Shown: in pieces, positions 26,501 to 40,276 of the stretch | Layout of the letters: every line of letters begins with the position of its first letter | How positions within the stretch are numbered: position 1 is the first letter of the stretch | Origin: Schizochytrium sp. TIO01 | Lineage: Eukaryota; Protista; Bigyra: Labyrinthulomycetes | Reading direction: 5' to 3' | Length of the DNA stretch: 64,000 bases | NCBI GenBank assembly: GCA_004764695.1 | Contig: SMSO01000005.1 | Coordinates: 682,001-746,000, forward strand | Translations under genes and position numbers: made by a program | Notes under the pieces: model-generated | Seen by the model: the letters and a program-made list of their open reading frames with translations, nothing else | The model's database searches: none | Told to the model about the DNA's origin: nothing

Positions 26501-29500
26501 GAAAAGCCTTGAAGTCGCGAAATCTAAGATTCCTAAAGCAAAGAAAATAATCGAAAGTAGTCAGAGTTATGATCATCATAATTGTGTCATCATCTACAGG
26601 GGAAAAGCAAAATAACATGACAATTTCTTTAAAACAAGGTCCTACCTACCTGATACCTACCCTACTAGCGACTCACGCTCACCAGTTGATATGTAGTAGT
26701 TACCTACTCCTAACAAGTCAACAAACTCAAGCCTAAAGCTAAAGTTTGCACACCTCTGTGATTTCTAAGAAGTTTTATATAACGATTTTTACTTTCCTGA
26801 ACCAGACTGCTTGTAAATAATTAAATCAGCGGAGAGGCTTTACTCTTGTCTAGTTTTGGTAAAGGTTTGTTTACTATGAGGATTCGATTTCTAAACTTGC
26901 TGGCTGCAGCGACTGCATGAGCCGAGATGGCAGTGACGGCGACGAGTCATCACCCAATGCTGCAACTGGTTCACTGCTTTAAGTGCTCGCCCTGCTCGTC
27001 ACAAGTTCCGAGTGTTGTTATTCTTCTACCTGATCCTCCCGATCTTCTCAGCAAAATTGTCCTTTCCTTCCACTAAATATTTCTCGCATTTGCCCCCTAT
27101 ACTTAAATTTGGCCGCGTCTTCTTGGCAGTACCACCACTGTAGTTTTCATTTTCAATTTCATTTTTATACAAAAAAAATAAAATGAAAAAAGTTGAGAAA
27201 GACGAAGGCGCAGAGCGTGCATACGCTACGAGCAATATTTAGCTCACTTTGATCAAGGTTCGTGCGTCATGCTAAGCTCAGAGCCAGTGAATGGGTGGTA
27301 CTGAAAGTGTTATACTGGCAATGTTTTCCTTGCACTCACATCTCATTTCACCATTTTCTGCAATACCATTTATGTTTTCTTTGTTAAGAATAAATGCCAG
27401 TGGGCTACTAAAAAAAGTAAAAAAATGCTTTTAGTTGTAGAACTACTCGGATAGTATAGTATACGCTTTTCTACAGGTTGAAACGTTTGCACGCATATAG
27501 GGACCTTTAGTTCTTTCTCAATTCTTCTTACTTACCTAGTACTAAAGTGAAACCTAGCTAGAACTCCTACAGTGAACAGTTTTATTCATTCTTTTTGAGA
27601 TAAAAATTTAGAAAAAATAAAATAAAAATAGAACGGAAATGAGAGATGGAAATGATTATTTTAATGACTTTTGGTGGTTCCCGCAAAATAAGCAATAAGC
27701 TTTGCTCCCGAGCTTTTCTCTAACTAAGTGAAAGCCAAAGCTATCTAAACTAAGCAAGAAATGCTGCCATGGACTGACTACCTACCTACCTACTCTCCTC
27801 GAGTATTATCTTATGCTTCCGTGTTTTTTAGCTAATTATATATGTATATATTATTCTTATTTTAAATATTTCTTTACAAACGTAGTACAAAAACACTAAT
27901 AAAGCACCAAGAGAACAAAAAAATCTTTTAAATATTTGTATGGGTAGCAGTCTATTGTACATGACAGAATCTGAATATATAGTCTAACTTGGTAACTTGG
28001 ACAGCAAAATCAATGAGTTTTATATAATTAATTTGCACTTCCACCGATGCAGATTTGATATACTAATTAGGAGAGCAACAGCTCGTAATTTATAAGTTTC
28101 GAAAGTGTTTGTTTGCCTACTTTGCTTCGTACATGTTAGAATTAAGTTAATCTCATGCGAATCTGCTTCTCTTCTTAAGAACTTTGATAATTTGGAAAAA
28201 CAGAGTCATACCCCACATTTTGAAAATACAACCTATATCTTTTTGCCTATACTTTGTCAAAATTGATTGTGCTGGTCTTTGAGCATCCACTAAACAATTC
28301 GGCATATTGATAGCGTGGGAGACATTCTTTCGGAGAAACGCTGATTTAGGTTTGAGTTGATGACACGTTTCCTCGCACAGAATGTAATATTATCGAATGA
28401 CACACAAGCTTCGTCGCCGTGTTTAGTTTTTTTTGTTATGCTGAAGGGAAACAATCATGTGCTGTAAATAGCTCCACGTGTCTTATAGCTATTAAGTTAA
28501 AGGCGTGTATGTGTGCTTGACTAAACGACACATGCACACCCTGCACTTGTTCAAATTCGAAGCGGATGTGTGTAAGCATATGAATTCTCCTTTGCAAACA
28601 TATTGCTCTGCGAATCATATTGCTATGCTGAAATTGAGAAGAAAGGCATCTCCAAAAACTTTCCAGCAATCTTACACAATTTTAGCAGCTGCACAGTATT
28701 CAAAGTTTATGCTAAGGGTAATGGCGAGATGAAGTGTCAAATATGCAACCCCGGATTCTGTTAGAGACCTGTTAAACGAAACTCCAAGGGAGTCTGCTCA
28801 TGTGATATAAGGAATTTGTTATTTGCTTCGTGCTTATATCCTACGCCTTACACTCTCAGGTACACCCAAACACATTCATAATATTCGTCATTCCATGGTG
28901 GTAAACATAAATCATCGACATTTATATTGGAGAATTTTGTCTATTTTTTTAATTTTTTTTATTAAAGAAGCAGGGATTCGGAGCTAGCCAAGTAAAAGAA
29001 ACGTTTATTCCTCTAGAATTTTTTTCTAGACAGGGATTCCAAAATTGTTTTTTTCCCTTGATTGCAGCAAGCGATTTCCATTAGTTATTGATGTAGCTGA
29101 TGAGTCGGGTAATTTTCTATCACTTCAAGTGTAGTATTAATAATACGAGTAGTTGCTTTTAGGTTGTTGGTTGAGTATTTAATTAAAAGTGTTTCAGCTA
29201 AGCTGTGTATGCAATACCTGTTCGCACCTGCTCTTTGGAACTCCTCACACCTTTTCCTACGAAGATCCTCAGGCCTATCTTCAATTAACGTTGATTGATC
29301 GAAGAATGAGAGGTTGGAAGGTACTGAGTAGCAAGTACTGAGTAGTAGTCTCATGACTGGATTAGTTTTGCATTGCAATATCTACGTAGTGGGTCGCGGC
29401 CAATCGCAGTAAACTCTACAGCTGTTGCTATCGCCGTCATAACCACAACCACCCATTTTCCATCAAATCGCTCAGAATCTGATCCATGAAACTCGCCTCA

Positions 29501-30588
29501 GGAAAGAGACAGTGGCACCAAACTATACGAGGCGAGAGTGGACTGACTCGAAGTGAGTGGCCGCATCGATGCCCTGCTCGGCTGATGACAAATCAGATTG
29601 CAATTTGATGAGAGGCGGTTCAGTCAGGCAATGCTGGTGGGCAGGATGTTTAGATTCACCGGAGATGGATGGAGTGATTTGCACTCTCACATAACCAGAC
29701 GATATTCGATTTCTTGATTTCTTGCGAGGCTTTGACATGCTCGGCTGAATGCTCAATTAAAATCCTCAGACATAGTATATATGATATGCCATGCCTGGTT
29801 ACATTTATTGGTTGGCTCCTTCGGGCCCATGCTCACACTCAACCCAGCGATCTTCGGATTGGTCCAATCTTTGTTTGAACGCTCGATGCAATTTGCAGCT
29901 GCCTAAAGTTGGGCGCACGCGTTCTCAGGCTCAATCTTTATGGTGCTCACGCCAAAAATGCAAACAAGGGAGGGTACAGTCGAAACCTGAAAGCAGCCAG
30001 TAGCGGACATGAGGCATGGATTTGTCTTATTCGCGTAACAGTCTTAGGAACACGCGCAAAGAGTCGCACCTGAAGTTCGCGTCTCTTACCTACCACGAAT
30101 CAACATGATGGATTTGGCTTGAAAAGTTTTTAACTGATTACCTCTCCCTGGTGTGAGTGATGGAGCTATGTATTTAAGGCATTAGGTAGGAACTAACCAT
30201 CAGCTTTGATTTAAAATAATTTCTTTGTTTTCAAAAGTACATTTCTTAAAGCCTGGAAGATCGCTCCTAGCTGCGAGGCCTACTCACAACTCACAAAATC
30301 TGCGAACAGTGTAAAAGAAATGAAATGACTAAGACCCTTCAACTCTGCAACTGCTCGATCAGGTTCATGCGCAACTCAGCTAGTAGACGATTGTTCGGAT
30401 TTCGTTTGGAGAGATTGAGCAAAGCATTGAAAAGGTAATAGGGGAAGCAAGAATGATTTGAAGAAGATTGGTGATCTCCTTTCAAGCCCCCCTTTTTCCC
30501 CCTTTTTTTTAAAAGCTTCATAAGTTAGCTTGGAGGAGGAAGAAGCTTGGCGGCGATAAATAGGCGATCTTTTGCGGCTAACTACCTT

Positions 30589-30620
30589 TGACATGACATG
30601 ACATGACATGACATGACATG
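30589..30620. repeat. (TGACA)n pentanucleotide microsatellite
   Basis: About 6 units of tgaca/catga. Confidence 0.9.
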
Positions 30621-33022
30621 TAAAAAACTTAAGAACTATCAGAAGAGCACTGAGAAGTGTACTCTATTAGGCCAACGTCACCACTTTGGAAACAATCTGT
30701 GGTGAAACCTTTGCTATTGCTAATACCACTACTCACTACTACAACTTAATTAGATAATACCTACTAACCGAATACAGCCAAGAGTCTGCGTAATAAAATA
30801 CTAAATAACTCGACTAATGTTTTGCATGCTACAGGGACAGTAGTGGGTATCATAGAAGAACATTAAAGTACAAGGACAGACCTCGTAATAAATAATAATA
30901 ATTATTATTTCGACTGTGAAGACCTCGCTCCCTATCTATAGGCGTATACATATATACGACCAGAGGGGAGGCTGTAGTAGTAGGTATTCTGTTCTTTTTA
31001 TATATTTTGAACGAGACTTCAGAAAGAAAAAGAAAGAAACGGAGACACGATGCATTAGCTATTATAACTCTTTCAAAGCTTCGCTGGCAATCTTGAGACC
31101 GACGTGATGATATATATACAAAGAAATCGTTTGATTTGGCAATTTAAATTCTTCATTTCTCCTTTCACAAAATGAAAACACACAACAAGTTGCATGGCAA
31201 TTCCTCAGTTCTGCAGTATGTAGATATTCTACATCATCTAATAAATCAGGTCAGACAATTAATATGGTGCGCGAGCAGTTGCCCTTCTTTGGACTGGGTA
31301 GTATCATAGACGAGGTGCGAAAAGTTCATTGGCTCAAAGAGCTTAAAGGGTACGCAGGATGGCGCAGAGTATATTGATTCTATGCATACTGAACAACACA
31401 AACCATTCAACTTTTGTACAGTGCAAATGCATCATGGTAGGACATTTTACCTTTTAAGAAGATTAGTTCAATTAAAAAAATATATATATAGATAAAAGAG
31501 AAGAAGCTGATAGTATCTTCATATTCTTGACACTGCCGCTTTCCTCGAAACAAGGTCTTTGAAAGGAACGAATAATAATGTTTTCCCTCAAAATATTACA
31601 GAAATGAACATCACATGACAAATTGAAGTTTTACACTTTAAAATGTACATTAAAAAAAAATTAAATTAAAATAATATTAAAAATACTAACTTAAAATTGC
31701 AATTAAAGACTCTCAAGGACAGGATATCACATGAATATATTTCCTGGCTGTGTTTGCTTATCTAATATTTGGGTAGCTACCAATTACTATTTTGACCTGG
31801 AAATTCAGCAAAACTATTTCCTACTGAGAGTAGCCTACGATCATATGATGGTAGGTTTCGATACTGCCCTGGTTTGATTGATTTGGGTTGGAAACTTCAT
31901 TCGATCGATTGCGGGGTAAAACTTTGCCCTTCTCTATTGGTCCAGACCTTATGAAAGCCGCTATGCGAGAGTTTTCATGTTCAAACTGTCGTGGATGATG
32001 ATGATGCAACAGCTGATCTCAAATTATTTGCTGCTCGCGAATTCCAATAGTATTACAAGTGTTTCCAGTCTCAAGACTTTTAGACATGAACTAGTAAGGA
32101 CGTATGTAATAACAGTATTAGGTGAAGTAATACCTCATAGCTTTCAAATAGAGATAAATCCAATGATGGAGTGGCTTTGTCAGGGATTAGCGAAGTGTGA
32201 CTTTGTAGTAATAGAGAGTATACTAACATAACTACCTATTTTAATAAATACTAAAAAAGTGAGAAACCTAGATAATTGAAGCGTCACGCGAAAGGGCGCG
32301 TAAACTCTTACAACATTTGCAACTGCGTTGTGCCATACCCACCAAGAGGTAGAGACAGTTCAGATTAGGATTCACAATTAACGTTAAACTGTACCTTAAG
32401 GTCGCAAAAAGCCACAGCAGCGGCAGCTCTTGATAGATGAACTCATGCCGATTGCTCGCAAAGCTGGTTGTGCGCGCAATAAAATTATTGTCGTTCAAAG
32501 TGAAGGATTCGAATAGTTGTTCGTCTCCTTCAAGGATTGATTCTTAGTTTGGAAAAAAGTGACCTTTTAAACAATATTTTTTACAATTAAAGTTAAAATT
32601 ATCGAAAAGCGTGTTTTTAAACAAAAGCAATTTAAAAACTTGAAGAGTAAAAACCATTTCTCACCAGGTAGGAAGTATTACCTCTTTCTTAGTGTGACAA
32701 GTAACACATTCTCAAAACACTGAACGTCATCCAGAAATTCTTTGCGTATAACTATGATTTTCAATTAAGTTGCCCGGAAAAGAAACAACAAGAAGGAATC
32801 ATTTTTCAAACAGTCAAGCTCGCAATTTGGAAAGTATAGTAGTACCTGCTATAACGAAGTGCTGACGCTTCTCCGAAGGTCAGCAAACCCGAAACATTGG
32901 AAGGTTCACGCAACACGAGCAATTCATTAGACCACTTGTACTTTGTCTCATCTAGCGAACTTTACAGCGCTGTCGATCTAGAGGCAGGCACTCAATAACC
33001 AACCCAAAACATCTATAGCAGA

Positions 33023-34417
33023 ATGGACGATGATCTCGTGTTGCTTACCGATGACTCGGTTGCATTCTTTGAGCCTACTTATGAAGCAATGGGCAATGCA
33101 CAACACAGTACTTCCCTCAACGAACAGCATCTGAGTCTCGTCGATGTGGCTAGCGGTGAGCACCAGCAGCAATATTTCTCTAGCTTAGACCCTATGCAGG
33201 ACTTGGATTATCAACAAGATGCCAATACAGGCAGCTCTAGTACCGTGGGTTATTTTGGCAACCATAACCAACAATATCAGTCAAAATATAACCAGCAAGC
33301 CTTTTCTCTGGAATCGCATGAAAGAGTCGACTTCGCAAACCTTGAACATCAGTATCAGCCATCCAAAAGAGATGTTTTGTATGAAGGTTATCCTTCGCAC
33401 GCATCGGAATACTATTCACAAAATGTTTCCCATATATCACCCTACCAATATTCACATAGTATTCAAGAAATTGGCTACATTGAGCCTATTCCTCTCGAAT
33501 ATGGCGAATGGGAATATCAGGGTACCATGAATGGGGCACAACATTCTAGCTATGCCGCTGATAACTCTGCATTTGAGCAGGTGCCCCTCCAGGATTCCCA
33601 GTACCAAGAGCAACACCAGCATCAAAATACACTCTCTACGTACAGCCAAGAGTTCACAGAGCATCATTCGGTCGCAAATACACTGTCGCATGCTCCAGTA
33701 GCTCGAGCGAATGCGTCTTTTGACGTTTGCTCCTCGTCCTCGTCCTCCTTCCATGATGGTGATTCTACTGACGGTGAGTGTGCAACTGAAAACCGTGTCG
33801 ATCAGCAGCAACGTCTTCGTAAGCGCAAAGCTTCAGAGCTACCGGGCTCCGAAGCATCCCTCGAAGCACCTGCACAGCGAGCTTGCTTTACATTTAGTTG
33901 TGCATCAGAAGAGCTACAGCAACAGAGTCGATCTTATGAGCAACAGCAGGAGATTCAAAAAGCGCAGCAACAACAGGCACGAGAAGAAGCCCTGCGTGAA
34001 TTCCAGCAAATGACATACGAAGAGCTTCAAAAACGCAAGGCTAAGGCAAGCGCTGATTTGGAAACGACGAAACATCGTCATCGTCGGGGCCTTGTGTGCC
34101 CCAAATGCACTTTAAAATCGCGTGTCAAGTTTATGCAACAAGTACTTCTTGACAAAGCTGAAAACAACAAATTCCCTGTATCTCCTTCACATGCTGTTTC
34201 ATCGTTTCGGTTTTCTAGCGGAACTGTGTCCCCTACCAACATCACTGCGGTATTACCATCTGTGAAGCGTGTAACCTCTACTGATGGAACCGGAAGTGTT
34301 GGATCTATACGAACCGATCTGGCTGAGACTGAAGATCCTTTCGTCTTTGACTGTATGGCTTCATCAAAAGGTTCGATTCCTGTAAGCTCCTCTTTCCAGA
34401 CAACCTACTCCTCTTAA
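33023..34417 (+). CDS. Uncharacterised Gln/Ser/Tyr-rich, probably disordered protein with a basic patch and CxxC (possible nuclear regulator)
   Basis: 464-aa ORF in an otherwise ORF-poor region; RLRKRK NLS-like patch, coiled segment, HRHRRGLVCPKC. No family recognised. Confidence 0.65.
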   Translation: MDDDLVLLTDDSVAFFEPTYEAMGNAQHSTSLNEQHLSLVDVASGEHQQQYFSSLDPMQDLDYQQDANTGSSSTVGYFGNHNQQYQSKYNQQAFSLESHERVDFANLEHQYQPSKRDVLYEGYPSHASEYYSQNVSHISPYQYSHSIQEIGYIEPIPLEYGEWEYQGTMNGAQHSSYAADNSAFEQVPLQDSQYQEQHQHQNTLSTYSQEFTEHHSVANTLSHAPVARANASFDVCSSSSSSFHDGDSTDGECATENRVDQQQRLRKRKASELPGSEASLEAPAQRACFTFSCASEELQQQSRSYEQQQEIQKAQQQQAREEALREFQQMTYEELQKRKAKASADLETTKHRHRRGLVCPKCTLKSRVKFMQQVLLDKAENNKFPVSPSHAVSSFRFSSGTVSPTNITAVLPSVKRVTSTDGTGSVGSIRTDLAETEDPFVFDCMASSKGSIPVSSSFQTTYSS

Positions 34418-35031
34418 AAGTAGCACTGTACCTTGTTTGTATTCTTTACCAAGATTACAGACCGCTTTCTTCGTTTATTTCCTTTCAAATTTACTATATA
34501 ACGGGGCATTACGATAACTCGAAAATGTATCTGATCGCCCTTGACTACTGCCTTTTATCTATAACAATACACCTACTTATTGCCTTTTGCCAGTTTTTAC
34601 CTTTCTGTTGATATTTCTTATAAACATATTTATATATAGACTTCTCAAAGCATGATCTTCCAATCTTAATGATAGTGATTATGTCTCCTGTGTACTTTTA
34701 GCGTGCTTAGACTCAATTTCTATGACCCGATTTTATAACTTATACAAAGTGCTCATATAACAGACGGAACGAACGGAGGAAGTTTACTGCCTTTGTTCCA
34801 GACTAGCAGATTCACGCTCCGTTTCGCTTATGCTTCTGGTAACGATGAGATGGAACTCGAATTTTGTTAACGCCTCTTTGAGATTGTCGAAGCATAAATG
34901 ACTCAGGAATCAAGCTTGAGCACCTTAAGTCTTTCATCGGATCGGATTCATATCTTATCAGAGTTATGCCATTGTTGCAGACTTTTATGTCCGCACGCCG
35001 CCTTGAATATATGATATAGATTAATGAATAA

Positions 35032-35652
35032 TCAGCGAGCCTTTCTTGCAGCCATTAAATGTCTTGCTTTTTGTGTTCGCCTATACTCGAAAAGGCTTAC
35101 AAGCAGTGCACTGCCGATGCTTAAAAGGCATCCAATGCCATGGGACACAGATATGAATACACCGGTTCTACGATCGAGTTTCCCATGCAAGCTTTGCCAG
35201 AGAGGCAGCACGACCCAACCTAATGCTGCAAGAGCTACCAGAATTGCTGACCCGTAAGAATAACCTGCCAGTGCCCATCTATGCCGAGCTGGTACGACTA
35301 AAGTGCAGACACACAAAGCAAACATCAACACCCAAAGCAAGATGCCTGCACCCCATTTCACAGGAAATGGGGCCTCGTTGCCCAAGCTAAGGACGTAATA
35401 ATTAATAGCTAGACTTAGACCTGCATATAATGCGTGCAGGCTGACGAATACCCGGCAAAGACCTTGCAGTGCTCTCTCATTGGTGGTGGCTTGGCTGCTC
35501 AGCTCTTGGCTAGCTAAACTATCCTCCTCACTGAGACTCTCTCCATACGTAAACTTGGCAAGCTGTTGCCTTCTTCGTTCTTCTCGTTGCTGCCTGGCTG
35601 TATCTGCAGCGTGCGCCCTGCGCAACAAAGCACTGCCACGCACGCGCACCAT
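35032..35652 (-). CDS. Small multi-pass membrane protein (~4 TM), unknown function
   Basis: 206-aa ORF with four hydrophobic segments after a charged N-terminus. Confidence 0.65.
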   Translation of the reverse strand: MVRVRGSALLRRAHAADTARQQREERRRQQLAKFTYGESLSEEDSLASQELSSQATTNERALQGLCRVFVSLHALYAGLSLAINYYVLSLGNEAPFPVKWGAGILLWVLMFALCVCTLVVPARHRWALAGYSYGSAILVALAALGWVVLPLWQSLHGKLDRRTGVFISVSHGIGCLLSIGSALLVSLFEYRRTQKARHLMAARKAR

Positions 35653-38600
35653 TTCTGCTTATTCTGTGTTCGCAGATGGTTTGAATGGTATCTATCACTT
35701 ACTATTTCAAAGGCAACTACTCCAACTTAAAACAATATTTTTTATTTTTTATTTTTTTTTAACTGGGTAAAAACACCAGCTCAAACAATTCAGATTTATC
35801 CTCTGGGTTCTGTGGTAATTAATGCCACACTCTCACAAGTAAGAGGCAGCTCTTCAATTTATAATTTGTAAACATTAAAACATTAAAACATAAATAAAGT
35901 ATAACTTTTTCAGTAAGCAACGAAAACTTAAGCCAAAATAAAGACCCATGACATAGGTGGTACTGGTATAAAGAATGTGGTAGGGTAGAATCAGGTGCAA
36001 CTAAAGGTGCCTAATATCACTCTCACTAGTCAGAGGCTATTAATCCTTTTCTTTAGCTTTAACTTCGAGTCATGATGCTTGCCCACAGCTTTAATCCCAA
36101 CAAGGACCAAAACTCTCAAGCAAAAGAAAAACAGCGTATGCAACAACGATACATGTGTGATCTACTCTTTGGCCATACAAATGTTTTTCACGAGATTTGT
36201 GGATCATATAGTAAAGTCCCATGTAAAAATAGTTGAACCAGCTGGGATATTTGTGACCATGTCCGGCACTTTCTAAGGTTATATCTGCACTTTCTAAACT
36301 CTACCCACTATATTGCTTTCGAGGAATGTTGTACTCTAATGGTTGCCGAAATTCCCGCGAAGGTTCTATTTCTAAAGGCATACCCAGCGTAACGAGAATT
36401 GTAAAGTTTCAGTAAAACAAGTCTCCAAAGTATTGGAAATTGGTGCATGCTAGCAGATTTTGAACCAAAGCTGTTCATATTTGTGTTTTGCTACTAACCT
36501 TTCTCTCTCAAGTTCCTACATTATACGGCTCTAGTTTCTACCTGCTCTTTATAAGGGGTGCGCTAAAGTCGTCGCACCAATAATAATCCGAAACTTCTTT
36601 GCAAAGGTGTCGATAGTCGATACCTCATGTAATTTCAGTAATATCGCACGATCGTCTTCATTAGTCCTTACCCTCAAAACTATCCTTATCTTTCCCTCCT
36701 TCTCTGTGGTTTGAGCCAATGCCCATATGTTTCGCAACAGAAGTCGTTAATCGTCTGTTCCGCTCGTCTGAAAATGTGTACAGAACTATTGGATGACATA
36801 TTCTTATACTTTGAAGTAAGGTGCTGGAATTTCACGAGACATCTTGATGGTCCTGATTGATAAGAAGTTGCTCATACTCTAATTATGAGATTGATCATGT
36901 ACATTAAACATGACGAGGAATAAGCTACAGGATAAATGTTCTAATTCTGTGCAATGTTAACTTTCTGGAGTTCTGATGCATCGCTTGAGGGCCATAAGAA
37001 TACACGCAGTGCATAATTTATTTAATTAACTAGCTTGATAAGTTCTATTGCTTTAAATCCATACCACATACCAGGCCAAATCTACTGGCTTGTATGTAGG
37101 ACGCTCTCGCTCCAGTCTTTTTTGTATTTTTTGTTTTCTTTCTTTCTCTCTTTCTTAAGTATGTGCTGTTTGCTGAATTCGCTATTACTAAAAGGCTGGA
37201 TCGAGTTCGTGCACCGACAAGAAGATAAACCATATTTGCATTTATACTGGGTGCAGATACCTACCTACCATTAGTAACTTTACGAGAGTGATTATAACAT
37301 GTGAAAACCTAGACATGATATCTTATTCATAACCCACACACATGCGGAGCCTGGCTTCGAGCAAGCCATGTAAGCCATGCGAGTAGGCAGGGCACTAAAT
37401 GGCAGTCTAACCCAGCTTTAAAAAAACAAATAAACTTTAAAGTGTAGGCTAGGAGTATAGTATAGGTATATAATTCATTAGTTTAAAAACAATCATGATA
37501 AATTATCACAAGTGAAACATTAGCTGCCTCTTGCTCCACCACCTCTGGTCAGCCAAGCAAATTATTCTCAGATGCTTTGGGCAATGTATTAAGGTATGCA
37601 TTGACCATTTTGTGTATAAGTCGAGTGAACAATTGCTCACAAAGGGGCGTCATTATTATTCACCTAGCATTGGGTGGCTGACACTGGCGCATGCCAATAA
37701 TGTTGTTTCCTCACACTTTTGGAGGCTTCCCGTATCGTCTCTTTAGCTGTCCTCAACTCTCGGCACTTTCAGCACTGTCCTCAGCACTGCCTTCAGCATC
37801 TCTGTCAGTCAGCTCTTAAGGCGACTTCACCTTCATGGAAGTGATAGCTCCGCTTGAGAAAAAGGTCGCTAGTTCGAAGAAGTTAATCTTCTTCTGTTCA
37901 ACCTTGGAAATCAGTCTCACAGGTCAGTCAGACTTGTTTTTTAAAACAAACAAAAACACGTTCTCTCCTATAGCTTGCTACTCAGCTATATAGCTAGCTA
38001 CAATTATGCTACTCCTATCAATCCTTTGATGTGGACTAGAAACTCGAGTCAAAGCAATCTCTAAAATTCTCGTCTACATTAGTAGGTACCCTGACTACCT
38101 AACAACCGTCATGACGGCAGCATACTGAACAAGTTTCCGGTGCCTCGCGTATCTCCTGTCTCCATTTCCTGCCGTCTTGTTTCTTTCTCTATTTGATCTT
38201 TGTAGCTTTAAAAATTAGAATGCCGTCTCAACTATATCTAAATTACTACTAATAGCAGTGGTATAGACCCTGAGTACTTAGGCCATGGTAGATTAATAGT
38301 TGAAGATCTGCTGGCTATTCGAGTTGGGCACAATGGCTCCGGCTGGAGGAGCTATCTGTTCGTAGTATAAAAGCCCTATCATGGACTGGGGTGCTGAAGC
38401 CAGTCAACTGGTTGAAGAAGATTATTACTGGCTGCCTACGAGTAGAGGTTTTGCAATTTGCAAGCTAACGTGATCTATTCTGAGGCTTCTTTTTTATCTA
38501 AATTTTACATTTCTTTGAGTGAAGCAAAATGAAAACCTAAGAAATGCATTGTCTGGAACTTGAAAGCGCTACCTGTGGCTGGCATATATTGGAGAATGAC

Positions 38601-39226
38601 TCCAAATCACACAAGAGTATTGGCAAATACTGCCGCCGTTAGTACGCGGCTAGAACTTCAACCTAGGTTATATAAAGAAAGAAAAGTTTTAATATTCATT
38701 AAATTAAAAAATGAAAGAAAAAGTTATAGCAATAGGAGTAGTTAGAGGTACTAAGGTGCGGACTTCCACCTAGTAGTAGTGTGAATAGCAAAGGCCTACC
38801 AGTGTGCTATTGTTTTGGTTTGACCCAAACTAAAAGATTTTGAACTCATTACCTCAGACTGAGAGTGTCTATGCGCTTCCGATACCCGTGATCCGTGGAC
38901 GCAGAGAGAGAGAGAGAGATCGAATGGATTATTTATTTTTGTAACTTAGTATTAATACTACATAGTACTGGGTACAATGATTGTTGTTTGAAGAGAGGGT
39001 GCATGAGCCAGCAGCAGACTCAAGTTTGCAGTGGTATCCTTCTAACAAGAGGCACGTCCTATGATTTACTAACTCCTTTCTGCTTCTTGAGAACTTATCC
39101 CACGGCGCGCAAGTAAAACCCCAAAACATCAAGGCTCAGAGCACCGGACGGTTCTCTATCGAACCAGGTGCCTTTCGTTTCCCTTGCCTAGTTTATTGAA
39201 CGTCGTAAAAACGAACAGGTAGAACC

Positions 39227-40276
39227 ATGACCGGCACCAGCAACACTCAGATCGTGGTTCAAGTTCCCAAGAACCTTCAAGGCAAGGTCATTGGCAGAGG
39301 GGCCGCTACGCTTAAGGATATCGAGAGCGACTATGGTGTCAAGCTCCATATGCCAGCACGGGATTCTGACTCAGAAGACGTCACCATCGAAGGTCCCGCT
39401 GACAAATGCGAATTTGCGAAGCGTCGCATCCTAGACATCATTGGTCAGGCTCCTGATGTCACCACCGACGCACGTGCTCAAGCACAAAAGCTGTATGATG
39501 AAGCAGATCAACTTTTTGAGGCTTCTCGTAACGCAGGATCCCCTGACGAAAGCCACAGGCTCAAAGATGAGGCATTTGCCAAACGCAAGGAGGCAGAGCA
39601 GGCAAATGAACGTGCTGCCCAATCGATTTTTCAGCACAAGAATGGGGGCTACGGTCTTGATCAGATGGATCTCCACGGGCTATACGTGAAAGAAGCCATG
39701 CACTTTGTTCAGGAGAGGCTGCAAAAGGTTGATGCCCAGCTTCGGGCTAAGGAGATGGACCTTGTCATCATCCCTGGTCAAGGCATTCATTCATCTGGTG
39801 CTGCCAAGATTAAGCCAACAGTAGCAGAGTACCTTCGTGAAAATGGCTACCCATTTGTTCTTGACGAGGCTGGAGGTCAGTTCACGGTCTCATTCAAGGA
39901 GGAAACCCCCGAAGGCGAGACCCCCGAGCAACCCGAGCACCCCACTGCCTCAGTCGTTCAGTCTTCTCATCAGGTTCCTGTCGTCAAGCCCGATGTTCCA
40001 TCTCAGCACCCAACTGCTACCCCCGTGCAGCAACAACAGCAACAGCAGCAGCAACAGCAACAGCAACAGCAGCAAAGCTCAGACAACAATTCAGGAGAGC
40101 TTGGCTGGTGCGAGCTTGTCTTCAAGTGTATCTCACTTATATTCCAATCTTCTTCAGATAGCGATAACAAGGACAACAGCAACAACAAGTCAGCAAACCA
40201 GCGTAGCGATAATGTAACCAGCGGACAGGACGCCCCTCAGACGCAGGAGACCTCCCGCAGCCTTGCACAGGTATAA
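39227..40276 (+). CDS. KH-domain + DUF1771-like + Smr (small MutS-related) endonuclease-domain protein
   Basis: KH GxxG loop (GKVIGRGAATLKDIE), helical AAQSIFQHKN segment, Smr signature MDLHGLYVKEA...IIPGQGIHS...IKPTVAEYL; polyQ tail. Confidence 0.9.
   Translation: MTGTSNTQIVVQVPKNLQGKVIGRGAATLKDIESDYGVKLHMPARDSDSEDVTIEGPADKCEFAKRRILDIIGQAPDVTTDARAQAQKLYDEADQLFEASRNAGSPDESHRLKDEAFAKRKEAEQANERAAQSIFQHKNGGYGLDQMDLHGLYVKEAMHFVQERLQKVDAQLRAKEMDLVIIPGQGIHSSGAAKIKPTVAEYLRENGYPFVLDEAGGQFTVSFKEETPEGETPEQPEHPTASVVQSSHQVPVVKPDVPSQHPTATPVQQQQQQQQQQQQQQQQSSDNNSGELGWCELVFKCISLIFQSSSDSDNKDNSNNKSANQRSDNVTSGQDAPQTQETSRSLAQV

Noticed and set aside
29970-30000. Minus-strand peptide AAFRFRLYP resembling the TnpB N-terminal motif
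   Set aside because: It is followed by stops and no other TnpB motif in any frame; likely chance.
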